Positions 13,257 to 27,924 are shown, numbered from the whole stretch's first letter. The stretch: 62,927 nucleotides of DNA, filler included, from Sphacelaria rigidula (GCA_964200075.2; 6 parts of 6 records of this genome joined end to end with filler, not necessarily neighbours in it); one strand, 5' to 3'. The notes: generated from the letters alone by a model not told the origin. A program made the numbers and translations.

Positions 13257-15704
13257 GTAGTACCGAGAGGCGTTCTGGAAGATTTTTGACCCTCGACTAG
13301 GTCCTGAATTTATACTGGAAAGAGTCGAAACAAACGAGGGGCAATATTAACCCGCAGCTTCGGTCTAAATTCAAATGAATTAGTGAGGACCCGTCGGTCC
13401 AGCTCAGGTGTCATACGGCGTTTGCCGAGCGGGACTTGACCCGATGGAGCCTCAAGTTCTTCCCACCCTCAAACTGTTGAAGTTCGATAGCGCACATGCG
13501 ATTACCTGGTTGCCTTTACTGATATCATGTCCTGAATACCTCGAATTCGCCATTCCGGATTTTTTACGGTCATTTTCCGGCGAAATAAGGGTTAATACCA
13601 CAAAGGCACCTCGGGTTCGGCGTCTTCACCAAATTCCAGTCGAAACATGTACTGCACATTCAAGTTTGAGAGAATTGAGTAGGGAATAAATATTTTGGCC
13701 TGGACAACCGCGAAAGTGCCCCTCGGCCGATTTTTCGCACCGTGTGCTTGCTCATCTTTCTGCAGCTGGGCTTACTCCCTGGAGTGCGACCGACCAGCTG
13801 AACTACATTTTTTTAATCGAATTGAACTGGATCCACTTTTCGCCTTGCTGATTGCAGCACGCTACGAGTGACTGTATCGTAGTGCCTGTTGTTGCACGGG
13901 ACTGAACTGTAATGACCGGTGAATGCCCCGGATGCATCTGCTAGGGACCGTCCCTTGCATCGCGCGAAGGCACACGAGAGGCGCCCGTGTTAAGGGTGAA
14001 TTGTGTCCGCAAACATATTATATCCAATACCTGGGTGAGCTACACCCGAAAAGCGAGTCATGCTCGATGTACCTGATCGCATGGGGTGTACGGTATAGCG
14101 ATGAAGCGGAGTTCCTACCGCGCTACATCACTGAATCCTGGCAGTGCAGTCAGTGGAGTCCGTCGTACAATATAGTCAGGAGTACCGACGGTAGTCGGTG
14201 GGGTGTTGGTCGGTCAACGGTGGTGCAGTTCTTTGCTCATACTTGATCACTGGCACTCTGTCAACGCGCAATGCGCAACATACTCCAGGGAGAGAATGCA
14301 TAGTACGCATTCACACTATCCACACCCTGTAATGGTAAAGCGTAACCCACCCGCCGAAACACCCTGCCGCCTGCACTCTAGGCTTACCGCTGTACGTCTC
14401 GTTCCCACTGAGCTGCGCGTTCCTTCACTACGTTGATTCGCTTGATCTGTGTATTTGAACGAATCCGCATAGGACACAGTGAAGCGGCCACACGGACCAC
14501 GGTGGAAGAGCGCTGCATCCTTTTTCTTCCTTCAACGCACGACCTGCATCTATCCTCCCTTCTCGGCTTGACTCGTATCCACCGGCACCAACCCTTGCAA
14601 CGAGGCTTACACCTGAGCTGGGATGCGTACTATATTCGAATGTTGCAGAACGTGCGTTCCCGTTGATGGATAATTCACAAATGAATTAAAGAATACCCGT
14701 AGTTTTTCACATTCCATCACAAGTTTTCTCCTCAATAAACCAGAAAAGATGATATTCATTTCTCTCCGCATAGTCGAAATGTATTAACATAAACCATTCA
14801 TCTTGCGGTTACAACGCCTTGATAAGTCCAAGAATCTGGTGTTCAGGCACTCTCTGGAAAATATATGTTGACCTACATATATATATATAGGTATGAAGTA
14901 CGTGTTTCATTTGGACATACTCATCGCGTTATATAGGCCACGGCTGCTGTGAATTGTTCTGCCATTATTCCATATCAAAAGCATGGCTGTATTGTATCGA
15001 AAGTGCGAGCACTTGCGACGGCCTCGTCTACTCCATTTTTGGAGCGCGGGTCTGCGTGATTAGAAACGAATATCCGTAAAAACTGAAAAATTCCAGTTGA
15101 CAGATGAAAATAGCGAAACGAAAATCAATCATCCTTCCAATTGTCATCATTGTTTGAAAATAAGTCCTCGCTGGCTCTGGCCTTTTCACACGACTCGTGG
15201 ACTGCGTACCATTCTCGCTGTGCCACTGCGGTCTGCCTCGTCTCCCTGTGCATGCGCTCTGTGCTGCCATAGTGCTGCATCGTGTGTAACGTAATACTTC
15301 GGGGACGGTCACGCCGCCGAGTCACCTTCTTTCCCTCATTCGTAGTAGTCTTGTTTTCGTCTCTTGACTGAAGAAGAAAACGCGGAGGAGATTGATATCA
15401 CGCCTTTCGTCAAACAGGTTACCCACAACAGAACAAGGGTGGGACTGACAACAAATATATATTATCTACGGCGGGACGACACCGTTCGACGAGTTGCTTG
15501 ATTCTGCGAACCAAATCACCTGCCAATCGGGGAACTGCCGGGGTCAACAGTGCCAGCCCGACGGCGCAGTGGAAACCCAACAGTACAAGGTATGAAGAAT
15601 TATGATGCGGGAAATCAGTCAGGGAACAAGACCACGATACTCCACTTCTGTTGTATTATTTTTAACCTGCACCCAGCAAGCCACTGTTCACTCAAGAGTG
15701 TATT

Positions 15705-15880
15705 TATTGAATCGGCATCGATATCACTTGGAAACTGACGGTTGAACTGGGTGCCATCTGTTGGCACTCGAAGGGCTAGCCCAGGGCGGGTTATCTGCTG
15801 GATCGGCATCAATTTCACTTGAAGAGTGAAATGGAGACCCAGATGGATAACCCACCCTGCCTAGTGTTCAAGGGTCTAAT
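15705..15880 (+). repeat. Degenerate copies of the short piggyBac-type MITE family
   Basis: Shares GAATCGGCATC(G/A)AT(A/T)TCACTTG and the downstream GACCCAG..AAGGGT end with 52860-53115 and 46973-47073. Confidence 0.6.
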
Positions 15881-18800
15881 TGATCCTTTTTTGACACTGG
15901 CCATACGGGGCGAAGAGCTCAGCCAATGATGTGTGCCTGGTGTCGTGTACACAGAATCCGCAATATAATACACAATTTTACTAGAAGCAAGCGCGAGCCA
16001 TGCAGGGGTCAGAGGGCCAACGCGTGACGTGTGCAAAGATACTGGATGCTCGATGGTGCATGGGACTCAAATATATCTGAGGGTGCCATGTACTTCGATC
16101 GTGGTGGTAAAGTTTCGCTTGACAGCATATCACACTAACTGTACTTTGACCCTGCCACACATACTCATTACCCCAAAAATCTGTGTAGCTTTCGACGAGA
16201 GAACCTCAGAAGAAATAGGTGGCCAGTTCTGCCTGCACGCAGCACAATCCAAATAGACAGCATCCACCTGTCTAACTTCAATTATACTCGGGTGCCCGGG
16301 GGAGAAGGGGGGGGGGGTTCCCATCTTTCGTGCGCCGTGGTGACACTCCCTTCCATTGATTTGAGTACCGCTGGTGTGGTATTAGACGTGCATATATGAG
16401 GTGGTCAATCTGAGTTCATGTAACCCTGTTCGAAATTTTGTGTCTCAATTTCATGTCCGAAATGTTCCCGAATCTTGCGAGATTTTACAGTCAAACACAC
16501 AAGTCATGATGAATATATAATGGTCGAAGTAGTTCCCCCGCCTAATTCTTAGGTCTTTGATGCAGTCCCATCTCAGGACGCAAATTGCATCTGGCACAGG
16601 ATTCTCATGCATGTATCAAATGTATCTCATCTTGGTCTTGTGTGGCGACACAGGGCATGAGATATGGTGACGGTCTGCATCGACGTAAACGTATCCCATC
16701 TTGCCCAATTCGAAGAGATCAGCATCACACTCGACAGGAGTACCCTGCACTAGTATAGTTTGAGTTTTAGGAACCAGTGGTTTGAGCCCATCCGTATCAG
16801 CAGGGGGGCTTCACTTCAGACCACCTTCATCACACAGCCGTGTACTGCATTACCGTGTCTCCAGGAAAATATTTTCTGGCTTTTTGATTTCGTGCTCTCT
16901 TCAAGAATGACTTTCGAGTTGTGGACGATACGAAGCGGCTTCTACGCTTTTACCTCGCTCGTCGCTCCAAGGCATACACAATACAGTTGCATCTTGCGTT
17001 GCTTTTGACAGGACCCCATGCCCACCCCAACTCAAAGTAGACCGAACAATCTCGGGCAAGTTGTCGTCGACGATATCGTGAGCGAAGTAGTATTCGTTTC
17101 CGGAATCCAGATTGGCGCCGCTGATTTTAGCGCCGATTTCGAGCCAAAACGGATCTTTCACCCGCTAGGCGAGTACTTGTCAGTGTTGGCCACCCAAAGG
17201 ATCCCAGTATGATGGTGCATACGGAAACAAATCATAATTGACTTTGGATGTGCCAACCATGACACCGTATCTCCGGGTTCGCGTGAACTGTTGTTGTAGC
17301 GTACTTATTCGCTCCTCGCCAGGCCGTAAGCAATGTTATGGGTTCGGCATCCCAACAAACGCCATGACGATACATGTACGCCATGTTTGGTGTGATGGAA
17401 CTGAGAGATCCGTTGCAGAGTATGTGCATAATGTTTAATGATGTTCTACAATGACAGTAAGTACAGCCAGTAAGTACACAGTACACAGACAGTGATGATT
17501 CTATCATTCAGCAGACAGTGTCACACAGGCGGCATCACATGCATGTCCATTCCGTTTTCGCGCCGCTTCGCTGTTATTTCGTTGATTCCGTCCGTTTCCT
17601 AGTTTCTGTGAGTTGGACGAACATCCACATTGAACATGTTTTTGAGTAGAATACATCGGTAGGGTGTGGTGCAGCGAAGGCTGACATACGTACAGCACAG
17701 GGATTACGCTGCTCCACCACCGGGCACCCGGTTACTGTGCGCGGCCCAAGCTCCACGAGGCGCAGAATCTTTGATCAACGTCGGCTTGACCCCCGTGCCC
17801 CCCCTGCTGTGCGGTGGCGTTTGGTATGTTCTCAGCACCCTCTCATAGGGTACTGGTTGCAGGGGTGTGGTAGTACATCTGATGGGATAGGGAAAAGAAA
17901 TAAATTGGATTTCGCAGAGCTTGGTAGAAACGAAGCGTTCTCCGTGTCGATCAAATACGCCCGCTATTTCTGTACTGTTTTTTCCCGAAGAGCACTTCCC
18001 GAGTAGGTCCGTCGAACCGTAGACCGGCGAGTTGTACTCCTGTGCTTCAGAATTGTAACCCCCCCCCCAGCTAGTGATACGCATGCTGTGGGACCTTACT
18101 GTTACACAGAAGTGTCAGGGCTGTACCTGTAGGGATATGTCGATACAATATTTGATAGTTCGCCTTCTACACTATGAAGGGTTGTAAAATGCAGAAGGCA
18201 AACAACCAAGTAACAAATTCAGCCTGTGGATTCGATAGACCTGCACAGTCCAAGTTCAAGCTTCAAGAGTACAAAAGTTCTAGGTTTTTTGTAGATACAA
18301 CAGCAGTAGTATTTGAATTCTCCCACAAGGTGTAAACATACTTTCATGCTTATACCGACTGTACAAGGAAAAGGGGCCTCCCCCCCCCCTCGGCCCTAAC
18401 CCCCATCGACCATCCTCCCCCTTCTCCTTCTCCTCCCCCTCCCCGTCTCTCTTTCTCTTGATTCCGGTTTACTTCACGTGCGCGCGACTGGTTTATCGTT
18501 GTTCATGTCTGCACGAGTTTGTAGTGGGATGATTTTGTCGTATCCGCGATGTATGAGGAACGTGTGGAACTACTGACACCCGACAACAGCCCTTCCCTTC
18601 CGTAGTCCAGCTGTCGGGTACAGGCAATGTACTGTACAGGCAGTAAAGTGCGTGGGCCTATGTGAAATTATCGGTGTTTCGAGCAAGAACACATAGCTCA
18701 TATCGGTCACCACCTAATCGACACGGGGACACGTGATACATGTCCACCTGCTCTGTACTGGCGACTTCATATACAATCCTACCTCCTATTGTATACAGTA

Positions 18801-20485
18801 TAACCCCACTTGTACGTGACTGAACTCGTTCCGTGTACTCGTATGATGGCGCACGGATTCTCTCTCTCTGGTCGACGGATGAGCGATAGGGGATGTTTTA
18901 CTGTAAATGCTGTCGTGTCTGGCATCTAGGTGAACCAATAGCTGTGACTAGGCTGTGAACATATTGCACAGGACTCTTTTTGCGATACACACTGACGATA
19001 TGCTTTGAAGAAGGTGCTTGCACCGGAGCGATCTCCGGTATAGTGCGGTGGGTTGCCAGTCTGGCATAACCGCAGTATGCTGGTACCCCGCACTATATCG
19101 GTACCATGCAATTACTTGATATTAGCATAGCTAATCAGATTTTGGGTTGGAGGTGTTATTTTGACCGCACTGAGGTGGGACTTCGCCGTTACCTAGTACG
19201 CAGTTCATGGGGGCGCGCAGATGATCCTCATTACCTTGTCTCACCCTCCTCCCCAATATTATTTAATTGAAGCGGAATGACGGTAGCACCAGCCAAGGGA
19301 TTCTGCCACCTGTCTGACCGATTTTCGCGGGTGCACATTTCGAGGCGGGTCGCACTATGGAATGTCAACTCGGTGTTACCTACATCCTACATCCCCTACC
19401 GCCCTCTCCTCAGGACATTGTTTACTGCACGTATGCACAAATTCATGAGACAACGACAAAGATTGAGAGTCTTTGACGAATTTCGAGAGTTTTTGCACAC
19501 GTGGAAGCCACTCTCTGTAAGCGCATGAAAATACGCCTCGCTTTGGATATGCCTCGTCAGCAATGCTACGACAGCGACATTTCTGTTGTAGGACGAACGG
19601 GAGGCCACCTTCTTCGGCCTATAGACAACTTTCACGCCGTACGAACCCAGCGGAGTGTTGATCCAGACAAAATTCAACAAATGCGTCTGCCCCAATGCAG
19701 CTCCTTGTCGTGACTGAAAATAATCGTTGGAGAGAATAAGACGCACTTCGGCGGCGCGGAATTACTTCTTGATCAGGCCAAGAAGAATGGATGTGGCGAG
19801 TTGTACCGCCATCCAAAATATTTTCCAGGTGGACTTTTTTTTTTCATACCGACGATGTGTGGTCCACTATGTAGGTGTCTTCACGGAAGTCCTTTTGCGC
19901 GGTCACTCGAACAATGAGCACTGACTCAAAAATCACAGCCCCCAGAAGGCCGCTTCGACCGTGCTGACCTCCAGTGCGTTCAAGGTTCGATCAAGCTCTT
20001 TGAGCGGTGGCGGGTCGATCGCATGAGTGACAATTAATTCCCAAAGCGGTCTGACGATCGGTAATCGAATAACTGAGTGCATTTGTCCGTATGGTAAAAA
20101 AGTTGGAGCGCTCTCCTCTCGTTCGCGGTGTCGCTTCATTTTTCAAAGGGTCTGCCGCATTTTTTTCTCTCTTCTTGCTGGCTTCTTCCACATCACCCGG
20201 ATTAATCCACATGGAAAAGTCACGCCCCTAGCAAATTCTTGGGTACTCGCGTCTGTACTGATGATGTCCACAGCTCTGGTGGCCACGGAAAAAGCTCTGA
20301 GGCACAAGTGCCGCACTCATGGCCTGTGTGGTATCGTCTTGTTCCTGCCGTGCGGGTATCTTTTTTCGCGGGATTTCTTTTCTTCAGGGCCTCGAGGACC
20401 AGTCATAACAACGGGACCCAACAAGAAAAGACTAGAAAATAATATTCCATGATTTGTGCCCTGTGTCTAGTAGTTGTGATATTCT

Positions 20486-20911
20486 GAGTACACCCCCTCT
20501 TCAGCCTCGTCCGTCGAAAACCGAGCGTGCTCCGTCCCGACGTTGTAGGGATGCGAGGTCAACGTTCATATGACCGCGACATGTAAAATTATGATGTATA
20601 CCCCCCCCCTCTTGAAACTGTTGTACCTCCACCCCCTCTTCAGGCCCCCCCCCCGCCCATAATGAGCTTCTCTGACAGCGAGAGGCTGGTTGGTCCATGG
20701 CCTGGAGTTGGTAGGACCCCCGGCATGTGCTGCATGGTACTTGTCTGTATTGTACTGTTTTTTATCTGCAATACCCACACACCATAGCCGTTGTCCACAG
20801 CCATTTTCCATGGTATCTGGCAGATATCCCGCCCCTCATAATAGGGGAACCCGCCCTTCCCCCGCCTGGTCCGGCGAGAACCCGGCGTGCTCCGTCCCGA
20901 TTTTGTAGGGG
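20486..20911 (+). repeat. Copies of the dispersed repeat also found at 1-72 and 44658-44720
   Basis: CGTGCTCCGTCCCG..TTGTAGGG occurs twice (about 20526 and 20886). Confidence 0.75.
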
Positions 20912-21011
20912 NNNNNNNNNNNNNNNNNNNNNNNNNNNNNNNNNNNNNNNNNNNNTTAATTAATTAANNNNNNNNNNNNNNNNNNNNNNNNNNNNNNNNN
21001 NNNNNNNNNNN
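20912..21011. other. Artificial contig linker
   Basis: N44-TTAATTAATTAA-N44. Confidence 0.98.
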
Positions 21012-21400
21012 AAGGCCACATTTGGGCCCTTTTGCAGGGGCAAAAAAGTGTTGAAAAAAAAAAATGTTACCCGTCCTCGTCGTCGCTGGGGCTTGCCGCT
21101 AGGTAGTCCCAGGCCTTCGTGAAGGCATCCTTATCGTATTTTACGACCCTTTCTAACGTTCTGGCCCTCTGCCGCACCCTCACCCCGGAATGTTCCACAC
21201 TAAAGTCGTTGTCGCCCATCTCACGTAGTGTTTGGTTGTAAACCTCAAAGAGGCTCTGCCGAACCCGCTCCAACGTGTCACCGTCGTACTTAACACCGCA
21301 CATTGCCTAGGGAACACTATGCACCCCTAGCGAAAGTATACCGAGATCGTCAAGGTAAGGCGAGTGCCGTCCATGGCTGGCAGTTCACCCTTGACATCTA
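21012..21400 (-). mobile_element. Tc1/mariner transposase C-terminal remnant (plant/stramenopile mariner type)
   Basis: Minus strand ..DDLG.. followed by TLERVRQSLFEVYNQTLREMGDNDFSVEHSGVRVRQR, which resembles the G-x-N-x-[FY]-x-x-x-H C-terminal motif of DD39D-type mariners. Stop at 21067. Confidence 0.6.
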
Positions 21401-24400
21401 TGTACCGTCTACAGCCTGGAAGCCCTCCCCGTCAACACCAATTAAATAGGCGAGGACATGACGACGTCACCCGATTCAGCATGAAATTTACTGTCATCAA
21501 CCAACCGAATTTGTTTATCGAAGCAACAAAAAATGCCCCGGCGTTACACTCAATAGCACCCATGACGGCGAAGAGAAGTGCTCCATTACACTGCAAGCTG
21601 CGAGGAGTCGGTGGGTATGAAGTGTGGTGCAAACAGTCGGTGAGGACTTCCCATCTACTTGATTCACGACCTGTCGTGGTGTACCCTTGTGTATATTTCC
21701 GCACACCAATTGTCATTCCCCTGGTCTCACTGCTTGGGCCAAAATGAGAGATTAGTGGACTGTGTTCTTTAATTTGAGGTAGGAAACGATTCCAAGGGTG
21801 TGTTGGGAAGGGTATTTCCGACAGTTGGGTTTGTAAAATGTGAAACGAACAGCGCCATGTACATCTGTTTTCTTGTTTGATGGATTGAGTCGTGTTGAGC
21901 AAGATGGCATCCGGCGGCAAGGGTTGAGGCGGTATTGTATTCAGTGCTCGTCAGTGCTTGCAAAGAAATTTGTGTATTGACTGCCTTACTGCACTATTTT
22001 CTACGTACGATGGTCCATATCTGTTTTCTAGAGTGAAAAAGGAGTTAAAAAACATTCGAAGAGCTCACGGCGGACTCAAAACGGCACCTGCCAAAAGTCA
22101 GGGAGTAAACCCCCAGGCACGAGAAGAAGTCCCCCAACAAGACGTTTTCCTGCATCCCCACGAGGCCTGTAGCAGGCGACGCGCTCAGGTGGCACCTGGA
22201 CACGAAAAATTCAGAGGGAGAGGCGTAAAGGTATCCTGGAAACCTGCTTGCGCGGCGGTGAGGGCTGAGGTATCTCACCGGGACATGCGATGAAAAATAC
22301 AGTCGTCAAGAGTACTGTTTATAGCTCGGACGCGCACCGGATGTTGTCAGGTTCTCGTCGCGCTACGGTACCACGCACTTCTATCTGTACACTCTACGGC
22401 ACTAGCAGAGATAATAGCGGAAGAAACCTCGAGGGTATTAAAGCGCACCTGTTCAGATATCGTACATTCGGCGAAGCTCGCCAAGCGTCCGCTCCCAGAA
22501 CGGTCATGCGCGTTTCCTGATTCGATGACGAGGCGTGCGCAACAGCCCGTGGCGGGCGACCTCGCTTTGTGAGGGGTTTCCTGTGGAGATACACACAATC
22601 GCCCTCCTTTCCTGCCGCGATGCATCGCCTTTGTTGGCATTGTCAGCGCGGGTTCATCCAGCAAGAAAGCGGGGATGGCGGAGCGAGTTGGTTATTGCGC
22701 GGCAACCATGTTGCAGACACGCTCTGCTTCTTCACTTGGTGCTGTGTATTTGTTCGTGTATGTATTTTCGCCAAATCTGACCTTTTCTAGTCCTAGGGAA
22801 GAGTCCGTTTCCTCAAGGAATCGACTAAGACCTTTTCCCTCCCCCCCCATGTATCCTGGTAAACGTGACGGTACCACAGCTGGAATATGCAGAAGTATGG
22901 AAGGGGAACCTCAAGTTGGCGGGAAAGTTGGAAACAGTACCGATGGCAACAGCCAAGAAGATGCTTAGATGCTCGAAAACGACGAGTGATACAGTTTTGA
23001 GAGCAGAGTTGGGGAATCACTCACTTGAAACGGAGACATGAGAAAATCATGATGAAAAAAAAGCTTCAATAACATGCAGAGGAAGAGATTGCCAGCTATA
23101 AACAGACGATCATCGAAATTGAGGATGGAGATTTTCATTGAGGATCAGAACCTAAAGGATTAAACTTTTCGTATCCGCACCAAATCTCCGAGATATGGTT
23201 CCATTTCCTCGCCCACTGGTAGCTATTGACAGCTGCTACACGCCCTACAAATTTGGGTTTTGGTAACCGAAATACTGAGATCCTAGACGAAGTAACAATT
23301 TTGGTGACTTCACTTGACCCGATCGAATCGCCGAACTTCCCCAAAATAGCTTCTTCACCTAGGACCCCAACGTTTCGGTTTTCGAAATCCAAGTTTGTGT
23401 GACGTGTAGTACGTGTCAATAGCTACCAGTAGGTAGAGGAAGGTAACCATATTTACAAGGTTTGGTGTGGATACGAAGATTTCACACCCTGGACAATACA
23501 ATATGTACTATACACTGCCCGCTCAATACGTCGACGCGTCGGGTGGTCAAGATATAGTGGGCGAGTAATAGGCACGAGAGGTCTATTTAGTTTGTGCCAT
23601 CGAAACGTCAAGACTCCCGACATGCAATATATATCGACCGAATAATATATCACAACACGCGCCACCTTCATATAGATCGGCCGAGTAGCACATTGGTGCG
23701 GTAAGGCACTAATTTATATGTCGAGTAATACATTGGCTGCCATACGAGGTCAATATATATATTATATATATTGTATATATATTGATGATTCAAAATACCC
23801 AGCACCCGAAGCGCCAATATGTCTTGCCGCCCTGATCTGTCGTGCGTCAATGTGTCCAATATGTATCGAGCGGACAATACACGAGTAGAGGGGCGGTCAC
23901 AACACATATTGGTGTAGTAATATATGTACATGGATCTTTTCACTTTTTTCACCACTTTTGCCGAGTTTCCCCAGGCGGCAAGGCATATCTCATCACGCGC
24001 TTTCTTTCGCAGTGCACGAAGAAGGTGCAGCGGTACATTACCTTTCAGGTTTGGGTGTCATCTGATACCTGTGGCACGTGTTCTGGCCATCGAAAGTCGC
24101 CTATACTGGCTCTTTTTCGCGGGGTGTCGATCCCGAACCACAAAGGCCTCTTCAAGATGATGGAAAACTTCAAACAGGAACCTAAACGACAAAAGCCTGT
24201 TCATTGCGGGGTATTTTCTTTGCGTTCTCGTTGATTCGGGAGCACGACGACAGCGGCTATGCAGCAAATGTCACGAGAACATGAAAGCAAAGCTATTGAA
24301 AACAATTGAACACTTCCTTGGCCTTAGTCACCAGCAAAACCAAGACCGTGCAATGAGCCCTTGGCGAGTTGAACAAGGCACACACGTGGGCAAACGTCCT

Positions 24401-24591
24401 CACTGTGGGTCAGGTGTGCTCGACAAGCGAAGGGGGGTGACGAAATCCCTGTGGTCATGCAACCCGTAACGGAGAGTTCCCTCAAAAGATGCACCTGTGT
24501 GAAGTACCGGCGCAGGAATGTCCTTGTGACAGGGATGACAGATATGTCTTTGTGATAAAGATACATCCCTGCACAAGTACTTCACAGAGAG

Positions 24592-24938
24592 GACTTGAAG
24601 AAATGTACGTAAACACTGGTTGGTACTATGAAGATGCCACCAACTTTAACGCTAACCCTAGCACCAACATCGAGCAAGGCATACCGAGAGCTCTCGGGCA
24701 AGGGGGGTGCAGTTTCGTAGCTGAAGCGTGCGTTGCGAGAACTCCAATCGACGCCTCTCGAGAACTAAAATCGACGCCTTTGAGCCAAGTTTGGACCAAA
24801 ACACGTTCTGGAAGACCTGGTTCTACTGCTCACCACTGCTCACCTGCCCCAAATCATGATTTTTCTCAGAACTTTCTTTACTCTGAAACCAAGTTCAAAT
24901 CGAGTACCAGTCGTTGTTTGTGTACATTTCTTCAGGTC
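24592..24938 (+). mobile_element. MITE with ~35-40-bp TIRs and a telomere-like (CCCTAA/CTAACC) core
   Basis: Arms GACTTGAAGAAATGTAC / GTACATTTCTTCAGGTC. The core (CAAGGCATACCGAGA..CTCGGGCAAGG) is shared with 29866, 58432 and 44900 (reverse). Confidence 0.75.
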
Positions 24939-27584
24939 TACTAGCGCCGCACTGCAGGCGAATGCATATATACATGCGCAGATGCATAAACCTAGACATG
25001 TTGAGCGGCTGGACGGCCGATGCGGTAGCGAACTCGCACCGGTCTGTACTGCGGCCCTTTCTGGATCATGATCATCTGTAGTGCACCAATCGGCATACAG
25101 TCTGTAGAGCTACGCAATTCATGGCGCACGGCCCTAAGCGCGCTGCAGCCGCTGCGAGGCGCTGAAACATCGCTCACAGGCTATGCAAACCACTGTCAAC
25201 AGTTCCAAGTCGCTATATCTGGTGCTGTGCGCTGCAGCAGTGCGCACTAGAGGGCAAAAGGGGATAATTTTGTTCTGATTTTGTTTTTGGGCGCAACACT
25301 GTGGAGCATCTCTGCGCCGATACTTCACAGGTTAATGACTGTGAGTTAGCCCGCTGCTTCGGTAAGGGCCTCGCGGAGGAATACTTCGGAACTGAAACGA
25401 TTAAATCACTGATTGATCGTTTTTTCTTCTCAATCGTATCCTCTTCTCTCAATCTCACGAAAACATCGTTCTGTGTAATTGGAGACTCCCTCATCAGTTG
25501 TGTTTGTCCATGTCTATTTATTTTTCGCGGAGGGAAATATGTACCTGCTCGATCGAAGCGGACAAAGCAACGACTCGCGCGATTTTTCTCCCTTCATTCA
25601 ACCTGTGTGTATCGTGTACATGTATCAGTTCACATTTTCACCACTCTTGCCGAGTTTTCTTTGCCAGCAAGGCATTTTACCCCACCTTTGTTTCGCAGCG
25701 CACTGAGGCATACGAACTATATTTGATATTATCAACGTGTCACCCCCGGGAGGCCCGTACCAACCTCCCGAGGGGGAACTTTGTATATATATATATCTAT
25801 ATATAATTTTCGACATGTATATTGGAACGCATATTGGAATTAGTGTGGTGCGCAGTTATATGTTCGCGCGGGCGCCATTGAAAGATTTATCAACACATGC
25901 CGAAAACGCTCAATGGACAGCCTAGATCCGTTTTTGATGTTCAACATTTGGGTTAAGTTGAAGTCGTCATCGAAATGTCATTAGTTTCGTGGACTAGGCT
26001 CGGGATACGCTTTCGGTCATGTAACCCTAACCCAGAAGTTTCTGTACGGCAGCTCAAGCATGATGAGCAGTTATACAGAAAAACCACCGTCTTGATCGGG
26101 TTACTCCTTTGGAGATCGTCACTCTTCTCGCCCGCTCCATCAGTGACGCTTGACCACCAGGATGATGTCTTGTGTTCATTTTGCAAGTCAAAACATCCGG
26201 AGACGGTCGCCTTTCCCCACAAATAACCGGCTCTAAAGTTCAACTCTCTGACCCCGTTTAGGTCATCTGGGTCTTACAGTCATTTTTCAAGTGCAAAAGT
26301 ATGCCGACACGACATATGCCCGACCCTGGATTGAGTGGAGAGTTACAAGACATTTGTCGGTGAATTCCCCATGTACAAGCTCAAGTCGCAGCGGACGGAG
26401 GCTGTAGACGCGGTACGGCGAACATGGCGGTACCAATACAATCAACACCACAGACAAAGAGGAGATCACAACTCGGTCACCATGATGCTGTCTGCTCCAG
26501 TACACGTAATGCTTTTTACCTCAGGTTCCTTGTGCAGCTGTGTGCACAAGCAGCGGGGCTTTCCTCAACAGAAAATATCTGAGGGTATCATATTTGCACA
26601 TGCCTACGCACCGAAGTGAAGTTACTCCGCGACCGATTCAGATCTGCCCCCCGACGTGTACCCCCCAGCCCCTACTGGCCGTGATCATCTTTCACTTGAA
26701 TTTATTGGGGACGGTGCTGTGCCCAGGACAGACTCAATCGATGGATAAGGTTAATTCAGGCGGTTCTCGACGGTTACGTGTGCGATTAGACTGCCGATTG
26801 TTGCGTTTGGTGCTCCCAACCCCAATGCATCACACTGCAGTGGCCATTTCATGGCACGTCCAGCGGTCAGATCAATAAGCCGGATCGTATTATTTTTCAC
26901 GTTTAGAGGGTTCGCCTTCGAAGGAGGAGGACAAGGCCACTGCTATCGGGTGCGTGTGGATGGTCAGCAACAGGGTGTAGGGTGTGAACACGCAGGGTAT
27001 TGCCGGCGCCTGTGATCAACCCGTCAAGAGATTGGATGGTAAAAACAAGTGTATTTGGGCGGGGCATCCCAGGAAAAGAAGGAAAAAAGGGAAAAAAAAA
27101 TCTGTAGTCGTTGTGATTTTCTCTAACAACCCATTCACCTTTGTGGCCCCGATTAGCATGTCTAACTGTTGAGTGATCTTCCGCCGCCCGGTGTCGTATT
27201 ACATGCACGTTACTGTCAAATGTACGAGGAACCTCGAGTATGAGCATGAGATATCTCTATTGGGTATTTAGAGCATCGTCATACTGCACCTCCAATCCTA
27301 ATCTCTCTGCACGACGTTCTATCCCGCAGCATGCTCACTCCCTTGAGCTCAAGTATTTTTGTGATCACGTTTGCTCCACGTTCATACCCGCGGTGCAGCA
27401 GAGCCTTCATGTTGCATCACTACCGGAAAGACAACCGTTGAAAAGCGATTCAAACTCTAGTCGAGTGATTACGAGTTCAGGTCAGGCCTGTGACCTGTTA
27501 CCCACTCGAGTGTATTTATGCGAGGATAAATGGTTTGCGAGGATAAATAATGTTTCCGCTTTTACTTACTACTTCAGCCGCCGT

Positions 27585-27810
27585 GACCCGGTGGTGTAAT
27601 AATAACGGTCAGACTGTCACCGTGATAAGGGTGAAGAGAACGAGGGTTCCAATCCCAATGCGTTGGGTTTGTTCTCCGTAATATCTGATTTCCACCGTCG
27701 AAAACGTGAGTACGTGAGTAAACTATGTAGTTCACTGGGTTTGTTTGAAGAGAGCTGACGCGGCGTGGGAGTGCTGATGGTCATGCATGATCCAATCCGC
27801 GTGACAAACG
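27585..27810 (+). mobile_element. tRNA-derived SINE copy
   Basis: A-box-like TGGTGTAAT, GACTGTCAC, B-box-like GGTTCCAATCC. The body (TTTCCACC, CTGGGTTTGT, TGACGCGG) is homologous to 53655-53915 and 56308-56588. Confidence 0.7.
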
Positions 27811-27924
27811 AAATGATACCGCAGTCATATGAGGTAGCCGCGGTGAGTGTTGTGCCATCATGGATAAAAGATGCGGACGAAACACGCTAACGATGGACGT
27901 CCGATTACGCGGCACAATTTAATC

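Noticed and set aside
16990..18095. Protein-like minus-strand fragments (YDLFPYAPSYWDP, KDPFWLEIGAKISG)
   Set aside because: Contains stops and frameshifts, no recognisable family, and no consistent splice model.
19250..20140. Possible LINE reverse transcriptase remnant on the minus strand (PPPLKELDRTLNAL, YRP, ESGF)
   Set aside because: Too degenerate to support by eye.
27585..27665. Functional tRNA gene
   Set aside because: The cloverleaf is disrupted and it is attached to a shared downstream body, so it is a SINE head.
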